From positions 1 to 60,116 of the forward strand of contig JAOPZM010000073.1 of the NCBI GenBank assembly GCA_025964115.1: a stretch of 60,116 nt of DNA. The letters are read 5' to 3'. The notes beneath the pieces are model-generated. The model did not search any database and had not been told where the DNA came from. It saw only the letters and a list, made by a program, of their open reading frames with translations. Made by a program: the position numbers and the translations under genes. The number at the start of each line of letters is the position of its first letter. The stretch's first letter is position 1. Shown one piece after another: positions 17,415-27,051 of this stretch. The DNA comes from Solirubrobacterales bacterium (GTDB taxonomy: Bacteria > Actinomycetota > Thermoleophilia > Solirubrobacterales > Solirubrobacteraceae).

Positions 17415-19857
17415 GCTTCCCGAACGCGCGCGCGTGGTCGTCATCGGCGGGGGCGTGGGTGGAGCCTCGATCGCGCACCATCTCGCAAAGCTGGGCGAGC
17501 GCGACGTCGTCCTGCTCGACCGCAACGAGCTGACGAGCGGCTCCACGTTCCATTCCGCGGGTCTGGTGGGCCAGCTCCGCTCGAGCGTCTCGCTCACCCG
17601 CATGATGATGGACTCGGTCGAGCTCTACCGGACGCTCGACTGCGGCTGGGTGCAGTGCGGCGGGATCCGCCTCGCGTGCACGGCTGAGCGCGAGCAGGAG
17701 GTCCTGCGCCAGGTGGCATGGGCCAAGACTTTCGGGCTGCCGCTCGAGCTGATCTCGGCCGAGCAGGCCCGCGAGCTGTTCCCGCTGATGAGCGCCGACG
17801 GCGTCCGCTGCGCGTCCTACCTGCCGAGCGACGGCTACCTGGATCCATCGCTGCTGACGACGGCGCTGGTCGATGGCGCGCGCCAGGGCGGCTGTCGCGT
17901 GTTCACGCATACCCGGGTGACGGGGATCGACGTGGATCGGAGTTCCACCCAGCCACGGGTGCGCGGCGTGCAGACCGAGTGGGGCCCGATCGAGGCCGAG
18001 ATCGTCGTCAATGCCGGCGGTATGTTCGCCGCCGAGCTGGGACGAATGGCCGGGGTGCGCGTGCCGGTCGTTCCCTTCGCCCACGAGTACCTCGTGACGC
18101 AGCCCTTCCGTGAGCGCGATGCCGGCGGAGATCGTGTTCATCTGCCGACGCTGCGCGACCCCGACCTGCTGATCTACTTCCGCGAGGAGGGCGGCGGGCT
18201 GGTGATGGGCGGCTACGAGCGCGACTCCGCACCGTGGGCTCTGGACGAGCGCCTGCTCGACGCGATCCCCGCCGATTTCAACGGGCGCCTGCTCGAGGAG
18301 GACTGGCCTCGCTTCGAGGAGATCGCGACCAACTCCTCCAGACGCGTGCCTGTGATGAACGAGATCACCGTCACTCGCCTGATCAACGGCCCGGAGGCCT
18401 TCACGCCCGACAACGAGTTCTGCCTAGGCGAGAGCGAGGTCCGCGGCTTCTTCGTCGCGGCCGGCTTCTGCGCGCATGGCCTTGCGGGAGCCGGCGGAAT
18501 CGGGCGCGTGATGGCGGAGTGGATGCTCGGCGGGGAGCCCTCGATGGACGTCTGGGAGATGGACATTCGCCGCTTCGGGCCCCATTTCCGCTCTCCCAGC
18601 TACACGCTGAAGCGCACGAAGGAGGTCTACGAGACCTACTACGACATCCGCTATCCGGGGCACGAGCGCCAGGCGGGTCGCCCGCTGCGCACGTCCAGCG
18701 CCTACCCCTGGCACGCCGGCCATGGGGCCGCATTCGGAGAGAAGTCGGGCTGGGAGCGCGTCAACTGGTATGAGGCGAACGCGGCGGCCGGAGACGAGGA
18801 GTTGCGCGCGCGCGGCTGGGCCGGGATGCACTGGTCGCCGGCGATCGGCGCCGAGCACCGCGCCACGCGTGAGCGCGCGGGCCTGTTCGACGAGTCCTCG
18901 TTCGCCAAGCTGGAGATCGCCGGTCCGGGAGCGGCGGAGTTCCTCGAAGGGCTGTGCGACAACACGGTGGCTCGCGATGTAGGCGCGATCACCTATACGC
19001 AGATGCTCAACAGCCGCGGCGGGATCGAGTGCGATTTCACGGTGACGCGCGTGGAGGAGGACCTCTTCTCGATAGTCACCGGCACGGCTTTCGGCAACCA
19101 CGACCTGAGCTGGATCCGGCGCCACGCGCCGTCTGACGGCAGCGTGCGCTGCTCGGATGTGACCGCGCGCTGGGCATGCTTCGCACTCTGGGGTCCGCGT
19201 GCGCGCGATATCCTCGCGCCGCTCACCGACGATCCACTGGACTTCCCGTACATGCACATGCGCGAGCTTCCGGTCGGTGACGTACCCGTGCGCGCACTGA
19301 GGGTCACGTTCGTCGGCGAGCTGGGCTGGGAGCTCTACTGCCCGACGGAGTACGGAGCGGGGCTGTGGAGCACGCTTTGGCAGGCGGGGCGCGGGCATGG
19401 GCTGGTCGCGGGCGGCTACCGTGCGATCGACTCGCTGCGCCTCGAGAAGGGCTACCGGGTCTGGGCCGCCGACATCACCCCTGATGACAACCCTTATGAG
19501 GCCGGGCTCGGCTTCGCCGTGAAGAAGGAGGGTCGCTTCCTCGGCGCCTCGGCCCTCGGCGTGGGCGCAGGCGAGGAGCCCGTACCCCCGCGCCGGCGGC
19601 TGCGCTGCCTGGTGCTTGAGGACCCGCAGTCGGTCGCGCTCGGGAACGAGCCCGTGCGCGTCGACGGCAGGATCACCGGCCGCGTCACGAGCGGTGGCTA
19701 CGGCTACACGGTGGAGCGCTCGATCGCCTACGCATACCTTCCAGCGGACGTTCCCCTTGGCGCGACCGTGGAAGTCGACATCTTCGGCAAGTGGATTGCA
19801 GGTGAGGTCGCGCGCGAGCCGCTGTTCGACCCCAAGGGGGAGCGGATCCGCGCCTAG
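17398..19857 (+). CDS. GcvT-family FAD oxidoreductase (dimethylglycine/sarcosine dehydrogenase-like)
   Basis: VIGGGVGG, GSTFHSAG, NGPEAFTPD, TFVGELGWE, SLRLEKGYR; GTG 17398 overlaps the kinase. Confidence 0.92.
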   Translation: MARARELPERARVVVIGGGVGGASIAHHLAKLGERDVVLLDRNELTSGSTFHSAGLVGQLRSSVSLTRMMMDSVELYRTLDCGWVQCGGIRLACTAEREQEVLRQVAWAKTFGLPLELISAEQARELFPLMSADGVRCASYLPSDGYLDPSLLTTALVDGARQGGCRVFTHTRVTGIDVDRSSTQPRVRGVQTEWGPIEAEIVVNAGGMFAAELGRMAGVRVPVVPFAHEYLVTQPFRERDAGGDRVHLPTLRDPDLLIYFREEGGGLVMGGYERDSAPWALDERLLDAIPADFNGRLLEEDWPRFEEIATNSSRRVPVMNEITVTRLINGPEAFTPDNEFCLGESEVRGFFVAAGFCAHGLAGAGGIGRVMAEWMLGGEPSMDVWEMDIRRFGPHFRSPSYTLKRTKEVYETYYDIRYPGHERQAGRPLRTSSAYPWHAGHGAAFGEKSGWERVNWYEANAAAGDEELRARGWAGMHWSPAIGAEHRATRERAGLFDESSFAKLEIAGPGAAEFLEGLCDNTVARDVGAITYTQMLNSRGGIECDFTVTRVEEDLFSIVTGTAFGNHDLSWIRRHAPSDGSVRCSDVTARWACFALWGPRARDILAPLTDDPLDFPYMHMRELPVGDVPVRALRVTFVGELGWELYCPTEYGAGLWSTLWQAGRGHGLVAGGYRAIDSLRLEKGYRVWAADITPDDNPYEAGLGFAVKKEGRFLGASALGVGAGEEPVPPRRRLRCLVLEDPQSVALGNEPVRVDGRITGRVTSGGYGYTVERSIAYAYLPADVPLGATVEVDIFGKWIAGEVAREPLFDPKGERIRA

Positions 19858-19885
19858 ACTTCAGAGGACGACGATAGGAGGATCC

Positions 19886-20173
19886 ATGGCGGGGGCAGAA
19901 GACGAGCCGCAAGGGAGCGACGAGCAGGAGCCCAACCCCAGAGCAAGGCTCATGCACGAAGTCGCCGAGCAGATGGACGCGATCGACGCCGACTATCCCG
20001 ACGGCTTCACGATCGGACGCGTTGTCACGGTCGTCGAGGTCTTCGGGGCCAACGAAAGCGTCGACGTTCGTGTACGCGCTGCGCAGTTGCCGTGGGTTTC
20101 GCTTGGGCTGCTCGACTGGGCGAAAAAAAGCATGGAAGCGGTGAACGGTCCCGGCGCACCGGACGCCGAGTAG
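19886..20173 (+). CDS. Hypothetical acidic protein (95 aa)
   Basis: AGGAGG RBS before the ATG; plausible composition. Confidence 0.65.
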   Translation: MAGAEDEPQGSDEQEPNPRARLMHEVAEQMDAIDADYPDGFTIGRVVTVVEVFGANESVDVRVRAAQLPWVSLGLLDWAKKSMEAVNGPGAPDAE

Positions 20174-20193
20174 GAGTCCTTCCCCGCCGTCGG

Positions 20194-20235
20194 GCGTCGA
20201 GCGTCGAGCGTCGAGCGTCGAGCGTCGAGCGTCGA
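20194..20235. repeat. Heptamer tandem repeat (GCGTCGA)x6
   Basis: Six exact copies in an intergenic region. Confidence 0.95.
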
Positions 20236-20365
20236 AGAATTACCGACGCTTTAGAAAGGTTGTGTCCGGGTGCGCGTCTCCGTGTGTGTAGCCGCTTCAT
20301 ACGCACGCCGTGCCCTCGAAGAGGAGACACGGGTGTGACTTTCATCTACTCACAGCAAGGACGAC

Positions 20366-20887
20366 ATGACTCTCAGTGCTCACACCGAAACCCGGCCACG
20401 GCGCCGCCCACGCGCACAGCTACTGCCCGCGCTCACCGGCGTCGGCCTGGCGCTCCTGGTCGGCGCCTGCGGAGGATCGGGCAACAGCTCGACTCGGGCG
20501 TCGGGCTCGCCGCCGCCGGTCGCGCACGGCAACGCTCCGGCTGCGCAGGCGCCGGCCGGCAGGCCGGCACGGAAGACAGCCACCCACAGCACTGTGCCAA
20601 GCACAACCGCTCCGGCTCGGCAAGCGAAGGCACCGGCTCCCGAATCGAGCGCCGCAGCGGCGCCCTCGGAAGCGAAGGCCGGGGCCCCCGAACCGAAAGC
20701 CGCGGCCCCCGAAGCGAGAACAGCCACGCCCGAACGCAAGGCCGTGACGCCCGAACGCAAGGCCGTGACGCCCGCACCGAAAGCCGCCCCGCCGCGCTCG
20801 GAAAGCTCGGAAATCCCCCAGGGCAACGCTGGCGACCAGGACGCCGACAACAACGGCGGCCCCAGCGACGGCGATGGCAATATCTAG
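20366..20887 (+). CDS. Lipoprotein with Ala/Pro-rich repeats and an acidic C-terminal motif
   Basis: AAGGA RBS; lipobox VGAC; C-terminus IPQGNAGDQDADNNGGPSDGDGNI. Confidence 0.75.
   Translation: MTLSAHTETRPRRRPRAQLLPALTGVGLALLVGACGGSGNSSTRASGSPPPVAHGNAPAAQAPAGRPARKTATHSTVPSTTAPARQAKAPAPESSAAAAPSEAKAGAPEPKAAAPEARTATPERKAVTPERKAVTPAPKAAPPRSESSEIPQGNAGDQDADNNGGPSDGDGNI
20726..20774 (+). repeat. 21-bp coding tandem repeat (TPERKAV x2, with degenerate flanking units)
   Basis: ACGCCCGAACGCAAGGCCGTG twice, then a partial third copy. Confidence 0.9.
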
Positions 20888-21488
20888 CGCTCCGCTACGC
20901 GTGTGGGGGACAGGCGCCGCCGCGGCGCTGCTCTTGGGCGCAGCCGCTTTCGCTCTCCTCTCCTCTGCGTCGAGCACCTCCGGGTCACGCGGCGCGGGCG
21001 GGATCTCATGGTCCCAACCCACTGGCGGCCCACCGGCCAGCTGGGTCAGCGCGACGACCGCATCACGCAGCGCGACGCTGTTCTATCCGGCCGGTTGGAA
21101 GCCAATCTCCGGTGACAGGGGAACGGTTTCCGTCGCCCAACGAGACCGTGATGGCCGCTACCGGGCATATCTCAACGTCACCCCGCGCCAGGGGGCGGAG
21201 AGCCTTCGCAGATGGGCGGTTTTTCGCGTCACACGCAACCGGGGTGAGGGCGACCGCGGCGTGCGCGAGGTTGCGGCCGCTGAAAATCTGCGCTTCTTGC
21301 ACGCGCGAGGCTCATGCGTGATCGACGATTACCTCTCGCGGGTTGGCGCGAACGCGTACAGAGAGCTCGCGTGCATCGTCGCGGGGCGCGGCCACACGGA
21401 CGTATTCGTGGGGGCCACCCTGCGCGGCGAGTGGAACAGGCTCGCCCCTGTGATCGAGCAGGCGGCCTCCGCGCTGGTCGAGCGCTGA
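20874..21488 (+). CDS. Secreted or membrane-anchored hypothetical protein
   Basis: N-terminal hydrophobic segment; overlaps the lipoprotein stop; two Cys. Confidence 0.7.
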   Translation: MAISSAPLRVWGTGAAAALLLGAAAFALLSSASSTSGSRGAGGISWSQPTGGPPASWVSATTASRSATLFYPAGWKPISGDRGTVSVAQRDRDGRYRAYLNVTPRQGAESLRRWAVFRVTRNRGEGDRGVREVAAAENLRFLHARGSCVIDDYLSRVGANAYRELACIVAGRGHTDVFVGATLRGEWNRLAPVIEQAASALVER

Positions 21489-21496
21489 ACCGCCAG

Positions 21497-21745
21497 TCAG
21501 TTGCACACGCGGCAGCGTCCGGCCGCGCAGGAGCACCCCAGGGGAATGAGGCCGACTCGTCCGGGTCCCCAGAGGCGCACCCACTCGAGCGCCACGGGCT
21601 CGCTCCGGTCCCCGGGCCCACCGGGCCAGGAGCAGTTGAGCATCGCCGCGACGAGTCGCTCGCTCTCGGGCTCGGCCCTGCTCGAGATCAACTCGATGTG
21701 TGCCTCGATCTGCGGATCACGCGGCTGGCGGCCCATCGAGTACAT
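21497..21745 (-). CDS. Small protein with a Cys-rich C-terminus
   Basis: MYSMGRQPRD...CSCAAGRCRVCN; start at 21745 or 21736. Confidence 0.6.
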   Translation of the reverse strand: MYSMGRQPRDPQIEAHIELISSRAEPESERLVAAMLNCSWPGGPGDRSEPVALEWVRLWGPGRVGLIPLGCSCAAGRCRVCN

Positions 21746-21783
21746 AGATACCCGCCGGAGCGGCGGACTTAACGACACCGGAC

Positions 21784-21812
21784 CCCGGCGCCTCGCCAGG
21801 CGAGGCGCCGGG
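21784..21812 (-). terminator. GC-rich hairpin, putative terminator
   Basis: Perfect 13-bp stem CCCGGCGCCTCGC/GCGAGGCGCCGGG just downstream of the 21831..22193 gene; no U-tract. Confidence 0.6.
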
Positions 21813-21830
21813 CGAGATCCGGGTTGGGTG

Positions 21831-22193
21831 TCAGGTGGTCTGGGGAACGCGCGCGATGGCGTCCCGATAGAGCGCCATCTGCCGTGCGATCTCCTCGTTC
21901 GTAACGCCTTCGACGTGACGCAGGCCGTCGACGATGAGGCTGGCCTCGATGATATTGCGCTGGAACTCGTCGTCCTCACGTACAGCGGCGAGCTGCTCTG
22001 CCGAGCCGTGCAGCTCGATGTAGCCATTGAGGTCGCCGCTGGGCTCCAGAAGGACGACCTCGAACCTCTCGATGCGGCCTTCCTGCTGCAGCCGCCCATA
22101 GAGCCCCATGGACTCGTTGAACACCTCAAGGCCACGCTCCTCGCGTCCGCGAACGGGCGTGGTCCAGCTGATGAAGAGCACTCGGTCGGCCAT
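21831..22193 (-). CDS. Hypothetical protein (possible dimeric alpha/beta-barrel fold)
   Basis: GAAGGGGG RBS; 120 aa with natural composition. Confidence 0.75.
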   Translation of the reverse strand: MADRVLFISWTTPVRGREERGLEVFNESMGLYGRLQQEGRIERFEVVLLEPSGDLNGYIELHGSAEQLAAVREDDEFQRNIIEASLIVDGLRHVEGVTNEEIARQMALYRDAIARVPQTT

Positions 22194-22298
22194 GCCGACC
22201 CCCTTCCCCTCACGGCCCGGCCCGTCACCGGGCCTGTCGCGTCAAAGCTATCAACCTTCGGTGCCCCGCGGCGTATGATCGAGGTGGAGGAACTTGAA

Positions 22299-22769
22299 AT
22301 GACTGCGCTCGGCTTTGCACTGCTACTCGTGGGTGCCCTGCTGGTGGTCGCCGAGGCTCACGTGCCCGGCGGAGTACTTGGTGTGGCAGGGGGTATGGCG
22401 CTGATCGTCGGTGGCATCATCGTCATCGCGGCGCTGGGCGGGGGAGCAGCGCTCGCGGTGCCGGTCGGCGTCGGGCTCGGCGCCGCGACGGCCGGCTGGG
22501 CGTTGCTTGCGGCTCGCAAGGCAGCCGGCTCGCGGCGCGTGCGCATCCAGGCGGGGGCGGAGGCTTTGTGTGGCAGGGTCGGGGTCGTACGTCGCTGGGG
22601 CGAGTCAGGGGGCAATGTGTTCATCGACGGGGCACTGTGGCGAGCGAGCAACGGATGGGGCACGGACAACGGAGAGGCGTTGTGCGAGGGGGATCCCATC
22701 GTCGTCGAACGCGTCAACGGCCTGACGCTCTCGGTGCGCCGCGCGGAGGAGTGGGAGCTGATCGGGTGA
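22299..22769 (+). CDS. NfeD-family membrane protein
   Basis: GGAGG RBS; TM helices; C-terminal OB fold [10 protein letters not shown]...[12 protein letters not shown]; adjacent to an SPFH gene. Confidence 0.88.
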   Translation: MTALGFALLLVGALLVVAEAHVPGGVLGVAGGMALIVGGIIVIAALGGGAALAVPVGVGLGAATAGWALLAARKAAGSRRVRIQAGAEALCGRVGVVRRWGESGGNVFIDGALWRASNGWGTDNGEALCEGDPIVVERVNGLTLSVRRAEEWELIG

Positions 22770-23680
22770 TCCTCGCGCTCGCCATCGTGCTGGTCTGCCT
22801 TGCGGTAACCGCCCTGGTGCTCGCGGGCGTCTCCGTGCGCGTGCTGCGAGAGTACGAGCGCGGCGTCGTCTTCCGTCTGGGCCGCGTCACGAGCCAGCGC
22901 GGCCCCGGACTGATCTTCCTGCTGCCAGCCATCGATCGCATGGTGCGCGTGAGCCTTCGCACGGTCACGCTGGAGATCCCTGCCCAGGAGATCATCACGC
23001 GCGACAACGTACCGGCGCGCGTGACCGCGGTGGCGTACTACCGGGTGATCGATTCCACTCGGTCGGTGCTCGAGATCGAGGACGTGTTGGCCGCCACCTC
23101 GCAGATCGCCCAGACGACCCTGCGCTCGGTGCTAGGCAAGGCAGAGCTCGACGCGCTGCTGTCCGAGCGGGAGCGGCTGAACGAGCACCTCCAGCAGATC
23201 ATCGACGATCAGACCGAGCCATGGGGCGTGAAGGTCACCACGGTCGAGATCAAGGACGTCGAGATCCCCGAGCGGATGCAGCACGCGATGGCGCGTCAGG
23301 CGGAGGCCGAGCGCGGGCGCCGCGCGAAGGTGATCAACGCCGAGGGCGAGTTCCAGGCGGCGGCACGGTTGAACGACGCGGCCGACGTGATCAGCCGCAA
23401 CCCGGTGACGATCCAGCTGCGGTACCTGCAAACGCTGACTGAGGTGAGCGGCAACCAGAGCTCCACGATCGTCTTCCCGCTGCCGATCGACGTGCTGCAG
23501 GGGCTGGTGTCCGTCGGGGAGAACCGTCACGCGGCAGCAGCCGACGGCGCTGAGCGCGCGCGTCTCGACAAGGCTCTGGCCGCCGCGCGGGCAGCGCTCG
23601 AGACGGCCACGAGCGAGCCGGCGGCGGACGAGTCTCCACCCGCCATCCCAGCCTCCCGGGCATCCGAGCCCGCGGCGTGA
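22766..23680 (+). CDS. SPFH/stomatin (slipin) family protein
   Basis: [40 protein letters not shown]. Confidence 0.95.
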   Translation: MILALAIVLVCLAVTALVLAGVSVRVLREYERGVVFRLGRVTSQRGPGLIFLLPAIDRMVRVSLRTVTLEIPAQEIITRDNVPARVTAVAYYRVIDSTRSVLEIEDVLAATSQIAQTTLRSVLGKAELDALLSERERLNEHLQQIIDDQTEPWGVKVTTVEIKDVEIPERMQHAMARQAEAERGRRAKVINAEGEFQAAARLNDAADVISRNPVTIQLRYLQTLTEVSGNQSSTIVFPLPIDVLQGLVSVGENRHAAAADGAERARLDKALAAARAALETATSEPAADESPPAIPASRASEPAA

Positions 23681-23765
23681 CGTAGCTTCGGGCCCGGACG
23701 CCTGTACTTCCTCGATCGAGGCCGGCCGGGCCTTGGAGCATCTGGGCGTTGGTAGCGTGGCCCGC

Positions 23766-24935
23766 ATGCGCCGACTGCTCCTGCTCGCCGGGGTGCTCGT
23801 GTTCGTCGACACGATGCTCTACGCGGCACTGACGCCGCTGCTGCCCCGCTTCGCACACGATTTCGAGCTCTCAAAGGCGGGTGCCGGCACTCTGGTGGCG
23901 GCCTACGCCGCCGGCGCGCTGATCGGCGGCCTTCCCGGCGGCTTCGCGGCCGTGCGGCTCGGCCCACGCCGCGCGGTGCTCGTGGGGCTCGCGCTGATGG
24001 GCCTGTCGAGCGTGGGATTCGCCCTCGCGGAAAGCTTCTCGGTCCTGTTCGCCGCGCGCCTGTTCCAGGGAATGGGCAGCGCCTTCACCTGGGCGGGGGC
24101 ATTCGCATGGCTGCTCGCAGCGGCGCCGCGCGAGCGGCGCGGCGAGCTGATCGGCGCCGCGATGGGGGCGGCTGTGGCAGGCGCCCTGTTCGGACCGGTC
24201 GTCGGGGCGGCGGCGGCGCTGCTCGGACGCGCCGCGATCTTCTCGGCGCTCGGAGGCCTGGCCGCGGTGCTCGCCCTCTGGACCGTGCGCATCGCCTCCC
24301 CACCGCCGGAGAGACCCTCGGCTGGAAGATTCGCGCGTGCGTTCGGCAACCGGCGCTTCCTGGGTGGGCTGGCGCTGATGTCGCTCGCCTCGGTCCTCGA
24401 GGGGTACCTGTATGTGCTCGCGCCGCTGCACCTCTCGGCAGCCGGGTGGGGCGCCACGGCGATCGGCGCGGTCTGGCTGCTCAGCGCGGGCATTGAGGCG
24501 GCCGGGTCTCCGCTGATCGGCCGCCTCAGCGACCGGCGTGGGGCGCTGCTGCCCGTACGCGTTGCGCTCGGCATCGGCGTGGTCGTCTCGCTCGTGCTCT
24601 CCTTCGCCGGCCGACCGCTCGTGTACGCGCCTCTGCTCCTGATCGCGTCCGTCTCCTATGGAGCTCTCTTCACTCCGGCGATGGCCCTGATCGCCGACGG
24701 CGCAGACCGCGTCGGCCTGATGCAGGGACTCGCGTTCGGCCTGATGAATGCGGCCTGGGCCGTGGGAGCGGTGATCGGACCTTCCGCCGGAGGTGCGATC
24801 GCCGGCGCGACCGGCGACTGGGTTCCCTTCATCCTCGCGGCGGCGCTCTGCGCCGCCTACCTCGCCGCGACCCGTGGATCCTCCTATCGCCCATCCGTCG
24901 CCGAGCAGGTCAGCGCGGTTCCCGGCGGCCGCTGA
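23766..24935 (+). CDS. MFS transporter
   Basis: About 12 TM segments; GRLSDRRG motif; TAGCGT -10 box 7 nt before the ATG. Confidence 0.9.
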   Translation: MRRLLLLAGVLVFVDTMLYAALTPLLPRFAHDFELSKAGAGTLVAAYAAGALIGGLPGGFAAVRLGPRRAVLVGLALMGLSSVGFALAESFSVLFAARLFQGMGSAFTWAGAFAWLLAAAPRERRGELIGAAMGAAVAGALFGPVVGAAAALLGRAAIFSALGGLAAVLALWTVRIASPPPERPSAGRFARAFGNRRFLGGLALMSLASVLEGYLYVLAPLHLSAAGWGATAIGAVWLLSAGIEAAGSPLIGRLSDRRGALLPVRVALGIGVVVSLVLSFAGRPLVYAPLLLIASVSYGALFTPAMALIADGADRVGLMQGLAFGLMNAAWAVGAVIGPSAGGAIAGATGDWVPFILAAALCAAYLAATRGSSYRPSVAEQVSAVPGGR

Positions 24936-25018
24936 GAACAGAGCGTGGGCCCCACGATCGGCCTGCCAGACCGCCAGGGCGACCGGCCGATATAACCTAA
25001 CTACGCTATGGAGAGGCA

Positions 25019-26731
25019 ATGCTCGCAATGAGTAGCCGGGCGGGGGTCGAGACGAGGGGGCCGTCCGGGGGGAGCCTGGCGGCTGTCCGAGACGGCGGAT
25101 GGCGCGCTCCGCCTTCGACGCTGGTCGGCGCCGCCTCGCGGTGGAGGCCGTCGCGGGTGGCCACCGTCGCGTTCCTTCTCGGACTGCTCGTCACCGCGGC
25201 GTTTTCGCTGACGTCGCTGTGGCTGTACGACCGCAACGAGAACCGCCTGTTGCGCCTGCGTGCCCGTGAGGTCGGCTCGGTGTTGACGGCGGTCGTTCCT
25301 TCGATTCAGACGCCGCTGGCGTCGGCCGCCGAGCTCGCCGACGCGACAGACGGCGACCAGCGGCGCTTCCGGGCGTTCATGGCTCCCTACGTCGGTACGG
25401 GTCGCCAGTTTGCCTCTGTCTCCCTGTGGCGCTTGGGGAGCTCTCGGCTCGCGCCGACAGCGGTGGTGGGCGCTCGGCCAGCATTGGCATCGCTGCCTGC
25501 GCAGGCGCGCAAGTTCTTCGCGCATGCCGAACGGTCGCCGCGCCTGAACATCACCGGGGTCCTGACCGCCCCCCGTCCGAGCCTGGGATTCGAGTTCAGC
25601 ACACCGGGCACGCGGCACGGCTTTGCCGTCTATGCGGAAAACCCGCTTCCGAAGGACAGGCGGTCGGGGCTCGCTCGCGACTCCGCATTCTCCGATCTCA
25701 ACTACGCGCTGTACCTCGGGCATTCCCGGCGCCAGGCGGACCTCCTGGTCACGAGCCTTCACCGTTTCCCGATAAGGGGTCGGCACGCGTCCGCGGTGGT
25801 CCCATTCGGAGACAGTACCTTCACGCTGGTGGTGACTCCGAACGGGCCGCTCGGCGGCAGGCCCTTCGCGAGCCTCCCTTGGATCATTGTCGTCGTGGGC
25901 GTGCTGATCTCGCTTGCTGCGGCGCTGATGACCGACCGGCTGGCGCGTCGCAGGCAGTACGCCGAGCAGCTGACCGGCGTCCTCGACCGCGTGGCTGCCG
26001 AAAACCATCAGATGTACACCGAGCAGCGCGGCATCGCCCAGACGCTCCAGCATGCGTTGCTGCCGGACGCGCTTCCCGAGTTCACCGGATTGCGGGTGAG
26101 CGCTCGCTACATCCCGGCGGCGTCCGGCATCGACGTAGGGGGCGACTGGTACGACGTCGTTGCGGCTGACAATGGACGGCTGCTTCTCGTGATCGGCGAC
26201 GTCTCGGGGCACGGTCTGCACTCGGCCACCACGATGGCGCTACTGCGCCATGCGTCTCTTGCCTACGCGGCTGAGGAATGCCGGCCTGCGACGGTGCTGG
26301 CGAAGCTCTCGGACTTCGTCAACAGCGACGATCATGACTATTTCGCGACAGTGCTGTGTGCCTTGATCGACGTGCGGGCCCATTCGCTGACGATCGCCAG
26401 CGCAGGCCACATGGCGCCACTCTTGATCGACGGCGAGCGAGGCGAGTATGTGAAGACCAACGTGAACGTGCCGATCGGCGTGACGCGCGACTTTGACTAT
26501 CAGGAGACGACCGTGTCGGTGCCGGTGAAGTCCACGCTGGTAGCCTTCACCGACGGCTTGGTGGAGCGCCGCACCGAGATCCTCGATACCGGCCTGGCGC
26601 GGTTGCGAGACACGGCCACCGCGGGCCGGCGGCTTGCGCCCGATGACCTAGTCGAGATGCTCACACGCGACCTCGCGTCCAAGGACCACAACGACGACAC
26701 GGCGATAGTGGTGATCCAGTGGGAGACCTAG
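25019..26731 (+). CDS. Membrane-bound PP2C/SpoIIE (RsbU-like) phosphatase with a sensor domain
   Basis: LQHALLP, VGGDWYD, IGDVSGHG, FTDGLVE, DDTA; two TM segments. Confidence 0.92.
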   Translation: MLAMSSRAGVETRGPSGGSLAAVRDGGWRAPPSTLVGAASRWRPSRVATVAFLLGLLVTAAFSLTSLWLYDRNENRLLRLRAREVGSVLTAVVPSIQTPLASAAELADATDGDQRRFRAFMAPYVGTGRQFASVSLWRLGSSRLAPTAVVGARPALASLPAQARKFFAHAERSPRLNITGVLTAPRPSLGFEFSTPGTRHGFAVYAENPLPKDRRSGLARDSAFSDLNYALYLGHSRRQADLLVTSLHRFPIRGRHASAVVPFGDSTFTLVVTPNGPLGGRPFASLPWIIVVVGVLISLAAALMTDRLARRRQYAEQLTGVLDRVAAENHQMYTEQRGIAQTLQHALLPDALPEFTGLRVSARYIPAASGIDVGGDWYDVVAADNGRLLLVIGDVSGHGLHSATTMALLRHASLAYAAEECRPATVLAKLSDFVNSDDHDYFATVLCALIDVRAHSLTIASAGHMAPLLIDGERGEYVKTNVNVPIGVTRDFDYQETTVSVPVKSTLVAFTDGLVERRTEILDTGLARLRDTATAGRRLAPDDLVEMLTRDLASKDHNDDTAIVVIQWET

Positions 26732-27051
26732 CGGGAGACCGTGCCGCGGAGGTGGTAATCGACACACGTACCGATGCAGCCGGTGTACCGTTGATAGCCG
26801 TCTCGGGTGAACTGGACACCTCGAACGTGGCCTCGTTGGAAGCTGCGATCGCGTCGATCACGGCAGAGCGCCCCGAGCGGCTCATCTTGGATCTCAGTGG
26901 CCTGCGGTTCATGGACAGCGCCGGTATATCGGTGTTGATCGGCGCCACGGCGAAGGTGGAGGCCGTGTACCTTCGCAACCCGTCCCCGGCTGTGAGACGG
27001 GTGATCGAGCTCACCGGCCTGACAGGTGTCCTCCCACTCGAGCCGTCATGA
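26719..27051 (+). CDS. STAS-domain anti-sigma factor antagonist (RsbV-like)
   Basis: VSGELD, LDLSGLRFMDSAG (phosphorylatable Ser). Confidence 0.9.
   Translation: MGDLAGDRAAEVVIDTRTDAAGVPLIAVSGELDTSNVASLEAAIASITAERPERLILDLSGLRFMDSAGISVLIGATAKVEAVYLRNPSPAVRRVIELTGLTGVLPLEPS

Noticed and set aside
20194-20235. CRISPR array
   Set aside because: Contiguous 7-bp units without spacers; no cas genes in the window
21501-22298. N-terminal extension of the 422-aa ORF fused to NfeD
   Set aside because: Antisense to two real minus-strand genes; NfeD has its own RBS and ATG at 22299
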